A DNA stretch of 64,000 bases from Euryarchaeota archaeon RBG_13_57_23 (GCA_001800675.1 MGVW01000005.1:7493-71492), one strand, 5' to 3'. Positions 19,859-29,258 are shown, counted from the first letter of the stretch. The notes: generated by a model not told the origin, from the sequence alone. Translations and numbers: made by a program.

Positions 19859-19909
19859 TCGGGCATTCACGCGCCTGGAAAACTAAACCCCTTCCTCCCT
19901 CATATTTTT
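19859..19909 (+). terminator. Hairpin plus AAACCCC/pyrimidine/T-tract terminator-like element
   Basis: TCGGGC...GCCTGG stem with G-U pairs, then AAACCCCTTCCTCCCTCATATTTTT. Confidence 0.55.
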
Positions 19910-20020
19910 GGAATCTTGACGCACTCGAGGCAGCGCACGACCCGAGGCGCCGGGGCAGCTTGATATCCGGGACAGGCGATGCGGGGTCGTCATCAAAACG
20001 CTGTTACTGAGGGGACAGAC

Positions 20021-21472
20021 TTGCCAATACACGAACCGATTGGGGGCCAGCTGAACATCTTCACCAAGAGCGAGGTCCAGAAGATCCACGGCGCGGCGAT
20101 GGAGGTTCTCAAGAGGCTGGGCATCAAGATCTGGTCCGAGAACGGACGGAAGCTTTTCGCAGATGCGGGCGCGGAAATCGATGACAAGTCGATGACCGTC
20201 AAGATGGACGAGGGATTCGTAATGGACATCATTCACAAAGCACCGTCCTCGTTCGATTACTACGGCCGGGACCCGAGCTACAGACTCCTGATGGGTAAGA
20301 AGAGGGTCCATTTCTCGCTCTGTGGCCAGGGCGTGAAGGTGCAAGACCTCGATGGAAAGGTGCGCCCTGCGACCCTGCATGACCTCGAGAACATGGCCAT
20401 TATTGGGGACTACAGTGAGAACATCCACCACATCTCGATGATGACCACTCCCATGGACGTCCCGCCTGAGACGATGCACATTCGGGCGCTCTGGGGGATG
20501 CTGAAGAACACCGTGAAGACGGTAGACGGATACACTCACGGGACGAGATCGGCCGAGGAGACGATTCAGCTTGGATCGATAGTCAGAGGGTCGACAGACG
20601 CCTTGGTGAAGAAGCCGTTGTTGCTTGGCTTCACGAACCCGGTGAGCCCGATGCAACTCTCGAAGGAGCTCGTGGACGGAGCGATAGTGTATGCGAAGTA
20701 CAAACAGCCTGTGCTCTACGCTCCTGAGGCTCTCTCGGGTGGGACGGCCCCTGCGACCTTGGCCGGCCTCATGGTGCAGCAGACGGCAGAGGTGCTATCG
20801 GGGATCATGGTCTCCCAGCTGGCGAATCCGGGTGCACCTGTGCTCTTCGGCACGGTCTCGGCAGCGATGGACATGAAGACCGGCACACCAGCACTTGGTG
20901 GACCCGAAGTGGGCCTGCTCAACCTGGCTACTGCCCAGCTTGCGAGGCACTACAAGCTACCGTGCAGGGGGACTGGAGGGAATTCGGATTCGAAAGTCGT
21001 CGATGCGCAGGCCGGCATCGAGACCGCCATAAGCATCCTGCAAGCGAGTTACGCAGGTGTCAACTTCATGTACGATTCGGCGGGCTCTTTGGACGGATCC
21101 CTCACCACTTCGTACGAGAAGATAGTCATAGACAACGAGATCTGCGGCATGGTTTCGAGAATACTCAAGGGAATAGAGGTGACAGACGAGACGCTCGCCG
21201 TCGATGAGATAGTCCGGATCGGACCCGCCGCGAGCTACCTAGGCACACCCTACACGCTTCACCACTTCAGGAAAGAGCAATTCATTCCGGAACTGCTTGA
21301 CAGGAAATCGAGAGATTTGTGGGAGGCGGCCGGCAGGAAGGACATGGCGCAAGTCGCACGAGAGAAGGCTAGATGGATACTCGAGAATCACACGCCCGAG
21401 CCCCTTGAGAAGGACGTCTTGAACGAGGGGGATGAATTCGTGAAGAAGGTAGTCAAGGGATACGGTCACTGA
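20021..21472 (+). CDS. Trimethylamine methyltransferase (MttB superfamily), non-pyrrolysine member
   Basis: IH.AA.EVL...GI, PVSPMQ, GGTAPATLAG, DMKTG, SDSKVVDAQAGIE, EKIVIDNEI. Asn sits at the pyrrolysine-equivalent position. TTG start after GAGGGG. Confidence 0.9.
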   Translation: MPIHEPIGGQLNIFTKSEVQKIHGAAMEVLKRLGIKIWSENGRKLFADAGAEIDDKSMTVKMDEGFVMDIIHKAPSSFDYYGRDPSYRLLMGKKRVHFSLCGQGVKVQDLDGKVRPATLHDLENMAIIGDYSENIHHISMMTTPMDVPPETMHIRALWGMLKNTVKTVDGYTHGTRSAEETIQLGSIVRGSTDALVKKPLLLGFTNPVSPMQLSKELVDGAIVYAKYKQPVLYAPEALSGGTAPATLAGLMVQQTAEVLSGIMVSQLANPGAPVLFGTVSAAMDMKTGTPALGGPEVGLLNLATAQLARHYKLPCRGTGGNSDSKVVDAQAGIETAISILQASYAGVNFMYDSAGSLDGSLTTSYEKIVIDNEICGMVSRILKGIEVTDETLAVDEIVRIGPAASYLGTPYTLHHFRKEQFIPELLDRKSRDLWEAAGRKDMAQVAREKARWILENHTPEPLEKDVLNEGDEFVKKVVKGYGH

Positions 21473-21536
21473 CCCGGGCATGATGACCCGGGATGCAACC
21501 ATATCCATTTTATACGAGTCTCCCACTCTCAGCGTC

Positions 21537-22499
21537 GTGGTCGATAGCGAACCGAAAGAGGACCGGCTGCCCAAGAAATATCGCGGCACCCTGCTGTTCC
21601 TGAGAGATGCGGGAATCGCGTTCCTATTCGTGTGCCTCGTGCTACTCACCATGTTCGCGTACACGGGTCTGTGGCCTCCCCTGGTCGTCGTGGAATCGAA
21701 CAGCATGATGCACGGCGAGGAGAATCTCAGCAGCATTGGGACGATCGATACGGGAGACCTCGTGCTCGTGAAGAAGGTCGACCAGGTCTCAGAGGTGGAA
21801 ACCTATCTCGAAGGCTACGTCTCGGGATACAGCAGCTACGATGATTACGGGGATGTGATCATCTACGAACGGGGAGGCGTTTCGGCCACTACGCCGATAA
21901 TCCACCGCGCGATGATGTATTTAGAGTTCAACGCAGACTACACCAGCTACAGCTGTGCCGCGCTCAAGAACGTTCCACGCACCGGTCCAAGCGCCAAGTG
22001 GTCGACCCTCAACCCGTCCGATACATGGGACAATCTCACGAGCACGCTGATAATTTCTGACGTCGGCTGGAACAGCCTCTCCGTCTCGGTCGACATACGG
22101 TCGCTGCTGGCATCCCACAGAAGCGGTTTCATAACCAAAGGGGATCACAACTCTGGAATCGATCAGATGTATGGCGCCGCGGGTCCGGTCGATGTGAATT
22201 GGGTTGTGGGAAAGGCTCGCGGGGAGATCCCATGGTTCGGACTGCTCAAGCTATGGTCGACCGGCACACTTGGGAGCCCCGCACCGCCCAACAGCGTGCG
22301 CAACCTGTGGATCGCCATCGCAGTAATCGTCATAGCACCGGTCGTGCTGGACATATTTCTCACATACCGCGAGAAGAAGCGCATCGCGCGCAGACGGGCC
22401 CTGTACGAGCGGCACGCAGGAAAGAGCTCGAATGTGGATAAAAGGGTGGAAGGCGAGGAGCAGAAGAAGCCCCCCGAGCCACCTCCGAAGCTGGCGTAG
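21537..22499 (+). CDS. S26/Sec11-type signal peptidase I with internal insertion
   Basis: VVVESNSM, GDLVLV, PIIHR and TKGDHN motifs; flanking TM helices. Start approximate. Confidence 0.88.
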   Translation: MVDSEPKEDRLPKKYRGTLLFLRDAGIAFLFVCLVLLTMFAYTGLWPPLVVVESNSMMHGEENLSSIGTIDTGDLVLVKKVDQVSEVETYLEGYVSGYSSYDDYGDVIIYERGGVSATTPIIHRAMMYLEFNADYTSYSCAALKNVPRTGPSAKWSTLNPSDTWDNLTSTLIISDVGWNSLSVSVDIRSLLASHRSGFITKGDHNSGIDQMYGAAGPVDVNWVVGKARGEIPWFGLLKLWSTGTLGSPAPPNSVRNLWIAIAVIVIAPVVLDIFLTYREKKRIARRRALYERHAGKSSNVDKRVEGEEQKKPPEPPPKLA

Positions 22500-22500
22500 A

Positions 22501-23736
22501 TCACATCAGTGTCGTCTGATAGCGCAGCTTGTAGTTCTTGAGCTGGCTCAGTATCTCGTCCTCTTCGAGTATCTTCCTCGCTTCCACCACTGGCACGCTG
22601 GGCTCTATCTCCTTCGTTCTCCCCCCTCTCCCGAAGGACTTCACCCGAGCATGTATTATGCCGAGCATATCGAGTTCCGAAATCAGGTCCGTGATTCTCC
22701 TCTGGGTGAGTATGGCAATCGAAGTGCATTGGCAGAGTTCCTTGTAGGTTTCGTACAGATCCCCTGTAGTGAGCTTTCCGTCTCCCCTCTCCGTGTTCAG
22801 GAAGACCCCCATCAGCACCAATTTGGACTGAATGGGCAGGGTCCTGACCGCCTCGGTGATGCAGTCGAGCTCGATCTTGTTCTTCGCCCTGATGACATCC
22901 GACTCGGTCACGACCAACACTTGGTTACGCTCGGCTATCTCTGCGGCCACCCTCAGAAGGTCCAGAGCCCTCCTCGCGTCTCCGTGTTCCTGGGCGGCCA
23001 GCGCCGCGCAGAGCGGTATGACCGAGGGCTCGAGCGAGCCCGCCTCGAGCACCAACTTGCTCCTCTGGTCCAAGATGTCCTTCAACTGCTCCGCATTGTA
23101 AGGTGGGAAGACCATCTTCTCCTCGCTGAGCGAACTCTTCACTCGTGGGTCGAGAAACTCCATGAAGCGCAGGTCGTTCGATATCCCGATTACGCTCACC
23201 TTGGCATTCTTGAGATCGTCGTTGATCCTGCACAAGTGATACAGCACATCGTCGCCGCTCTTCGATACGAGCTGGTCGACCTCGTCGAGAGCGATGACTA
23301 TCACGCGCTTCTCCTCGTCGATCTTCTCCCTGAGTATGTTGTACACACGCTCCGTGCTCCAACCAGTGAAAGGAATGCGGGCCTCGAAGTCCTCGATGAA
23401 CCTGTTGCCAATGTTCTGGAGGATTCCATACTGCGTGTCCACGACCTCGCAGTTCATGTAGATGAAATGGACCTTGTTCAATCCCGAATCTGCTCGCTCG
23501 ATCTCCTTGCCGATGTACTTCATGCAGGCGGTCTTTCCCGTCCCCGTCTTCCCGAAAAGCAGCACGTTGGAGGGTCTGTTTCCCTCGAGCGCGGTCACCA
23601 GAATCCTCGCCAGCTCCCCTATCTGCTCCTCTCTGTGAGGAAGAACGTCAGGTATGTATGATGATCTCAGAACGTCCCTGTCGCCCTTGATGATGGACTG
23701 CGATTTGATATACTGGTGGAATATGGTATCCTGCAT
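22501..23736 (-). CDS. cdc6: Orc1/Cdc6 replication initiator
   Basis: LPHREEQI, GKTGTGKT, LDEVD, GDARRALDLLR, and C-terminal wHTH SFGRGGRT. Confidence 0.97.
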   Translation of the reverse strand: MQDTIFHQYIKSQSIIKGDRDVLRSSYIPDVLPHREEQIGELARILVTALEGNRPSNVLLFGKTGTGKTACMKYIGKEIERADSGLNKVHFIYMNCEVVDTQYGILQNIGNRFIEDFEARIPFTGWSTERVYNILREKIDEEKRVIVIALDEVDQLVSKSGDDVLYHLCRINDDLKNAKVSVIGISNDLRFMEFLDPRVKSSLSEEKMVFPPYNAEQLKDILDQRSKLVLEAGSLEPSVIPLCAALAAQEHGDARRALDLLRVAAEIAERNQVLVVTESDVIRAKNKIELDCITEAVRTLPIQSKLVLMGVFLNTERGDGKLTTGDLYETYKELCQCTSIAILTQRRITDLISELDMLGIIHARVKSFGRGGRTKEIEPSVPVVEARKILEEDEILSQLKNYKLRYQTTLM

Positions 23737-23771
23737 CTTGTTCCCCCGCAGAAGCAAAAGGCTCCTTCCCT

Positions 23772-24065
23772 CCCCTTGTTTCCGATGGAAGCCGCTCTCG
23801 GAATCCACACGAAACTGAGGGAAAAGTGGAATGATGTAGAAGCTACTTAAGTGTTAATATTATCGTGAGAACTCATTTTACCTGCAGCCTCGAAATTTTG
23901 GTGAATCGAGCGAGCCAGCATTTCTAGAAAATGCGATGCGGTGAATAAAAAATTTTGGTGCACATGCATGCGCATTTCCGAGGGGGGACCCCTTTATTTC
24001 CTGTGGAACGCCCTGAAAAAGGGGTGGGACCCTCGGGAATCGCGTGTGTCCATCGGAACACATGG
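23772..24065. other. Replication origin oriC: ORB boxes flanking an AT-rich unwinding element
   Basis: ORB1 minus TTCCATCGGAAACAAGGGG (23772-23790), ORB2 plus TCCACACGAAACTGAGGG (23804-23821), ORB3 minus GTTCCACAGGAAATAAAGGGGT (23988-24009), degenerate ORB4 plus TCCATCGGAACACATGG (24049-24065); directly upstream of cdc6. Confidence 0.85.
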
Positions 24066-24140
24066 TTCTGAAGCTAAGGATGTGCTGGATTTCGTCAACG
24101 GATATCATTATCTCTCAATATGGCCTAAGCGACGTAGCAG

Positions 24141-25463
24141 ATGAAAAAGGCAGTCCTTCTATCGATCACGGATGACACCACGGAGATGCGCTCCCTTCTG
24201 GATACACTAGGAGTGCAAGTCATTAGAGAGTTCCATCAGAACCTCAGACATCCGCACAAGGCGAGCTTCCTCGGACCCGGGAAGATAGAGGGGATCCAGA
24301 AGGAGCTGGAAGAATCTGAATTCGACGTCGCAGTGGTGAACGGGATCCTACGACCATCACAACACCACTATCTCGAGATGAAGTTTCAGAAGGAGTTTAT
24401 TGACAGGCCTGGTGTGATACTTCGTATTTTCTCAGAGCACGCGCATACCCAAGAGGCGATTGCGCAGGTCACACTTGCCAAGCTGAGATATGAACAGCCG
24501 TTTCTGAGAGAGTGGATACACAAAGCGAAGAGTGGCGATCGTCCGGGCTTTCTCGCAGGGGGAGCCTACGCAACAGATGTCTACTACGAACATGCGAAGA
24601 CTCATGCGAGAAGAATAGAGAAAGGACTGAGAGAGCTATCAAAGCAAAGAGAGATTACAAGAGCTAAGAGAAGAGAGCAGGGATATAGTCTCGTCTCTCT
24701 CGCAGGTTACACAAACGCAGGAAAATCCGCCTTGCTGAACAGGCTGTGCGAAGCCTCAGTGGAAGTCGATGACAGGCTGTTCTCAACCCTGTCAACTACC
24801 ACCAGGCGACTGAAGGGGAGTAGGGCAAACATTCTTGTCTCTGACACAGTTGGTTTTATCAGGGACCTCCCACCAGATCTCATTGATGCGTTCAATTCAA
24901 CACTTGAGGAAGTATTCTATGCAGACCTGATTCTCTTACTGTTCGATTCTAGCGAGAACGACGACTTAATCAAATCCAAATTGAGAACCTCATTAGAGAT
25001 CCTCCTTCCGAGAATCGAGAGGAGGTCTCTCGTCGTTGTTGGTAATAAGACGGATTTGATAGATGATGAGAGAAAGAAGAAGGTAATCAGTATCGTTGAA
25101 TCTATCATAGGATCCTACGAGCTGCTGATGATTTCGACTGTGAGGGAGAAAGGGTTAGATGCACTCAGAACTCGAATAGGGTTAATCCAGAACTTGTCAG
25201 CCGTCCTCAGCGTGGAACTCCCTTTGAGCGACGGGTCGATGGGCCTACTCTCAAGGCTGAGAGCATCATGTGATGTCAGCGAAGAAGTCGTTGGCACCAT
25301 CGTGAAAGCGACGATTCGCTGCAGATCGGATGATCTCGGGAAGATCATTGGATGGCTGGAAGCAGCCGGCGCACTCAAGATAATCACGAACGATGGGCCA
25401 CGGGCCGAGGGGGCACAGAGAACGGGCATCTCCAACGGAAGTGAAGGGGCCCCCCTCACATGA
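24141..25463 (+). CDS. hflX: GTPase HflX
   Basis: GYTNAGKS, LFSTL, DTVGF, NKTD, plus the N-terminal HflX domain. Confidence 0.95.
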   Translation: MKKAVLLSITDDTTEMRSLLDTLGVQVIREFHQNLRHPHKASFLGPGKIEGIQKELEESEFDVAVVNGILRPSQHHYLEMKFQKEFIDRPGVILRIFSEHAHTQEAIAQVTLAKLRYEQPFLREWIHKAKSGDRPGFLAGGAYATDVYYEHAKTHARRIEKGLRELSKQREITRAKRREQGYSLVSLAGYTNAGKSALLNRLCEASVEVDDRLFSTLSTTTRRLKGSRANILVSDTVGFIRDLPPDLIDAFNSTLEEVFYADLILLLFDSSENDDLIKSKLRTSLEILLPRIERRSLVVVGNKTDLIDDERKKKVISIVESIIGSYELLMISTVREKGLDALRTRIGLIQNLSAVLSVELPLSDGSMGLLSRLRASCDVSEEVVGTIVKATIRCRSDDLGKIIGWLEAAGALKIITNDGPRAEGAQRTGISNGSEGAPLT

Positions 25464-25469
25464 GGGCCT

Positions 25470-25877
25470 CTACAGCTTGAACTCTTTCTTCTTCGCAATG
25501 ACCTTGTCCTCGAATCGCTGAGGCAGGGACCAGGCCAGATACTCTATGTCGTCCATGTTCCTGACGAACTTCGCCTTGCTCGGCGTGTCGATGAGGTCAG
25601 CCAGCTCTCTCGTCTTCTTGACGAAATCGTAAAGCCACCAAGCGCAGACAATCAACCCGATGGGCGCCCCGACCGCGATCCAGTCGACCCAGGTTCCGAG
25701 CGGGTTCAGGAAGGACCCCAGGAACGAGATGGGATCGGGCAGATTGAAAATCACTTCTCCGTCAACCATCTTCATGTACACGACGCCAATGATGGAGGCA
25801 ATCGTGAGGAAGGCGAACAGCAGCGTGAGCAGGGTGGCTAGTTCGAGCCTGTACTCGGTTAGAATCGATTTGGCCAT
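25470..25877 (-). CDS. Membrane protein, DUF3198-like
   Basis: Two TM helices and C-terminal SKAKFVRNMDDIEYLAWSLP. Confidence 0.7.
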   Translation of the reverse strand: MAKSILTEYRLELATLLTLLFAFLTIASIIGVVYMKMVDGEVIFNLPDPISFLGSFLNPLGTWVDWIAVGAPIGLIVCAWWLYDFVKKTRELADLIDTPSKAKFVRNMDDIEYLAWSLPQRFEDKVIAKKKEFKL

Positions 25878-25990
25878 CCGTTCACCTAGCTGACGGATAA
25901 AAGAGGAACCCGTTAAAATGATTTCCTATGGTTTGGGGACCCTACATGTAGCCGTCATCAGTATTCTTTCCTATTGCGGATTGCCCGCAG

Positions 25991-26647
25991 ATGCTTGGCA
26001 GGGGGTCTCGCCAGCGCATTCTGGCAACGGCAAGCCCAATCACACTGGGCCTCGTAGTCCTCATGGCCTGGGGTTCTCCGGTGCCCGTCGTGTCGATTGC
26101 AGCCCTGGCGTCCATCGACGACGGCACTATGGTCCAGACGGTCGGACTCGTGGCGGATTCGTGGGCATGGGATGACGGGACAGAGAACCTGTTGCTTGTG
26201 GAGACCGCCTCTGGATGTACTGTCATCATGGTCTGTTCCAGCGGGATCCACGCCCAGCCGAGCACGTACGTCCATATTGGGGATGAGATCAAGGTCGTCG
26301 GGAAGGTATTCGGGTCGGATTCTCCGAGGAAGCTGTATACTGACAGCGATAAGGTGACTCTTCTTCGACGGTGCGAATTCGTTCTGACGGTGGATTCATT
26401 GGCGGACTGCTGGCGACTGTTCGAAGGGGACGACATCGAGGTCAGAGGGATACTCTCCAGAACGAGTGGTGACATCGGGCTCGCCCTTAGAGGCCTGTCG
26501 GGGGGAAGCACGGTCGCGCTGGACTATCCGAATGAGATCCAGCCGGCATTGCTGGGAAGGGAGGTGGTCGTTGCTGGGCGCCTAACCTTTGAGGAGACCA
26601 TCCTGGCGGTAGTGCTTCGCGCGGATTCGGTGGTAGCATGTTCGTGA
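25991..26647 (+). CDS. Membrane-anchored protein with two probable OB-folds
   Basis: N-terminal hydrophobic segment; two beta-rich units (V..VG.V...IGDEIKVVGKV and IEVRGIL...GREVVVAGRL). Confidence 0.55.
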   Translation: MLGRGSRQRILATASPITLGLVVLMAWGSPVPVVSIAALASIDDGTMVQTVGLVADSWAWDDGTENLLLVETASGCTVIMVCSSGIHAQPSTYVHIGDEIKVVGKVFGSDSPRKLYTDSDKVTLLRRCEFVLTVDSLADCWRLFEGDDIEVRGILSRTSGDIGLALRGLSGGSTVALDYPNEIQPALLGREVVVAGRLTFEETILAVVLRADSVVACS

Positions 26648-26674
26648 CAACAACCCTTTTCTTGGGGACCAGCG

Positions 26675-28012
26675 ATGGCCGTCAGCGTGAGCGGGACTCT
26701 GCTTGCCTTCGACGATACCGATTCTCCGGATGGCATGTGCACGACCTACCTAGCCTCGCTCATGATCGAGGAGCTGAAGGATTACGACTTGATCGGTCTC
26801 CCACGTCTCGTACGGCTCGACCCCAATGTGCCTTGGAAGACTAGGGGGAACGCAGCCATCTGTCTGCGGCTCGGAGAAGGTACAGGCCCTTCGAGACTCT
26901 GCGGCGCCCTTCCGGGACGGATGGTCAGATACTATGAGAGCGGTCGCTCGGTCGATGGGAGGCAACTACTGGGAGAGGCATCGCGCGTGCTGGAAAGAGT
27001 TGCCCAGTTCGATTGCGACAAGACGAACCCAGGCATCGTCGTGTCGGACCGGAGGCCGTCACAAGGGCTTTATTGGGACGCAGTGCGTGAAGTCGTCCCT
27101 ATCGGCCGCGTCGAGAGACTGCTGAAGGAATGCGGCGCGGAGTGGAGGAAGTACAAGAGCGGAAGGGGGATAATCGGCGCAGCGTCTGCGATGGCGTGGC
27201 GCCCCAGAGACAGGACATGGGAGGTTATCGCGTATCGCCACCCAAAGGTGTTCGGCAAACCACGGAGAGTCGACCCCAAGAGCGTGATCTCCATGGACAA
27301 GGCCACAAGGCGCACCTTCAACAACTATGATTATGAGAGCGGTCACATCGCAATCACTCCGGGGTCGCCTTGCCCTATCCTCTTCGGCATCAGAGGAGAC
27401 TCTTCAGCTGAACTCTTGAGGGCCAAGGACATGATAGAGGGAGAAAGTCCGGACAGATGGCTTCTGTTCCTGACCAATCAGGGCACGGATGACCATATCG
27501 TAAGGAGAAGAATCTGTTCGCTGAGACCCATGGATTCTGCGGAAATCGAGGCCAAGGTCGTCTCGCCACCAGTCACGATACCAGGGAAACACGTCATCCT
27601 CCGCGTCTCTGACGGGGACGAAATCGATGCGGCCTTCTACGAGCCTTCTCGCAGTTTCCGACAGGTGGCACGGGCGCTCCTGCCTGGCGATGAAGTGACG
27701 CTCTATGGCTCCGTGCGCGAGGACAGGTTGACGCTCAACGTCGAGAAGATACACGTCCAGAAACTCGTGAAGGACATCCGAAAGATCCACAACCCTGCCT
27801 GCGAGCGCTGCGGGAAGAGCATGGGCTCAATGGGATCCGGTCAGGGCTACAGATGCAAGAGGTGTGGGGCAAAGGCGCCAGAGTCCGCCGCGGTGTCTAG
27901 GACTTTTGCCCGCTCCATCAGGCCCGGATGGTTCGAGCCGCCAGTCGCATCGCGAAGACACCTTCACAAGCCACTTCGGCGAATGTCGAGGGTGAACATA
28001 GACAATCTATAA
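26675..28012 (+). CDS. tiaS: tRNA(Ile2) agmatidine synthetase
   Basis: DDTDS..GMCTTY, PNVPWKTRGNAA, GRGIIGA, TNQGTDDH, C-terminal zinc ribbon. Confidence 0.95.
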   Translation: MAVSVSGTLLAFDDTDSPDGMCTTYLASLMIEELKDYDLIGLPRLVRLDPNVPWKTRGNAAICLRLGEGTGPSRLCGALPGRMVRYYESGRSVDGRQLLGEASRVLERVAQFDCDKTNPGIVVSDRRPSQGLYWDAVREVVPIGRVERLLKECGAEWRKYKSGRGIIGAASAMAWRPRDRTWEVIAYRHPKVFGKPRRVDPKSVISMDKATRRTFNNYDYESGHIAITPGSPCPILFGIRGDSSAELLRAKDMIEGESPDRWLLFLTNQGTDDHIVRRRICSLRPMDSAEIEAKVVSPPVTIPGKHVILRVSDGDEIDAAFYEPSRSFRQVARALLPGDEVTLYGSVREDRLTLNVEKIHVQKLVKDIRKIHNPACERCGKSMGSMGSGQGYRCKRCGAKAPESAAVSRTFARSIRPGWFEPPVASRRHLHKPLRRMSRVNIDNL

Positions 28013-28082
28013 ATACGCTCCAGCGAATCCGCAGCCAACCATCCGCACGATGATTTCCAGCGCGCTGGGCAGGTGTATCTTC

Positions 28083-29258
28083 ATGAAGGAAGCAGTCATT
28101 GTCAGTGCTACTAGGACCCCGGTCGGCAAATTCGGAGGAGCTCTCAAGGACCTGAGCGCTCCAAAGCTGGGTTCCATTGTAGTCAGAGAGGCGGTCCGAA
28201 GGGCGAAGGTCTCTCCCAAGGAAATCGAAGAGTGCATCATGGGAAACGTCCTCGCGGCAGGTCTTGGGCAGAACCCTGCGAGGCAAGCGGCACTTCATGG
28301 CGGCCTCACCGAGGAGGTCGCAGCGCTCACGATCAACAAGGTCTGCGGGTCTGGGCTCAAGGCGGTCATGCTCGCCTCTGACGCGATTCTGGCAGGAAAG
28401 GAACGGATAATTGTAGCCGGTGGTATGGAGAGCATGAGCAACAGCCCGTACCTCCTTGAGAAGGCGCGTTTCGGATACAAGATGGGCGATTCGCAGATAG
28501 TGGATTCGATGGTCAGGGACGGCCTCTGGGATATCTTCAACAACTTCCACATGGGCAACACGGGCGAGATAGTGGCTCAGAGGAACGCGATCACGAGACA
28601 GGATGCGGACAAGTTCTCGCTCTGGAGCCAGCAGAAGGCCGTCCAGGCAATCAAGAGTGGCGCGTTCAAGGACGAGATTGTGGAGGTCGAGATCGAGTCC
28701 AAGAAGGAGAAGATCGTGGTCTCCGTCGACGAGGGCCCGAGGGAGGACAGCACCCTCGAGGGGCTCGCGAAGCTCAAGCCAGTCTTCAAGAACGACGGGA
28801 TCCTCACAGCCGGCAACTCCTCCACGATCAATGACGGGGCATCCGCGACGGTAGTCATGGATTTCGAGCTGGCCAAGGAGAAGGGCCTGAAACCCCTTGT
28901 GAGGATTGTGGACTACTTGACCGTTGGAGTCAGGCCGGAACTGCTAATGGAGGCGCCGATTCATGCGGTCAAGAAGCTGCTCAACAGGAACAACCTTCAG
29001 ATAGGCGACATCGACCTGATCGAGCACAACGAGGCGTTCTCGACCGCATCCATCGCGACGATGCGCGCGCTTGCCATCCCCGAATCGCGATTCAATGTGA
29101 ATGGCGGAGCGGTCGCGCTCGGGCACCCGATCGGATGCAGCGGCGCCCGTGTTCTGACCACTCTGATCTATGCCATGAAGGCCAGAGGGGCGAAGAGAGG
29201 CATCGCCACTCTCTGTTTGGGCGGCGGGAACGCCGTTGCGATGCTAGTCGAACAATAG
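28083..29258 (+). CDS. Acetyl-CoA C-acetyltransferase (thiolase)
   Basis: INKVCGSG, NEAF, GHPIGCSG and CLGGG catalytic motifs. Confidence 0.95.
   Translation: MKEAVIVSATRTPVGKFGGALKDLSAPKLGSIVVREAVRRAKVSPKEIEECIMGNVLAAGLGQNPARQAALHGGLTEEVAALTINKVCGSGLKAVMLASDAILAGKERIIVAGGMESMSNSPYLLEKARFGYKMGDSQIVDSMVRDGLWDIFNNFHMGNTGEIVAQRNAITRQDADKFSLWSQQKAVQAIKSGAFKDEIVEVEIESKKEKIVVSVDEGPREDSTLEGLAKLKPVFKNDGILTAGNSSTINDGASATVVMDFELAKEKGLKPLVRIVDYLTVGVRPELLMEAPIHAVKKLLNRNNLQIGDIDLIEHNEAFSTASIATMRALAIPESRFNVNGGAVALGHPIGCSGARVLTTLIYAMKARGAKRGIATLCLGGGNAVAMLVEQ

Noticed and set aside
19979-21472. Pyrrolysine (TAG) readthrough in the MttB homologue
   Set aside because: There is no in-frame TAG, the equivalent codon is AAT, and no pyl genes are in the window.
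23737-23808. N-terminal extension of Cdc6 given by the ORF track
   Set aside because: It overlaps ORB boxes and is non-conserved-looking; ATG 23736 has a GGGG SD-like run upstream.
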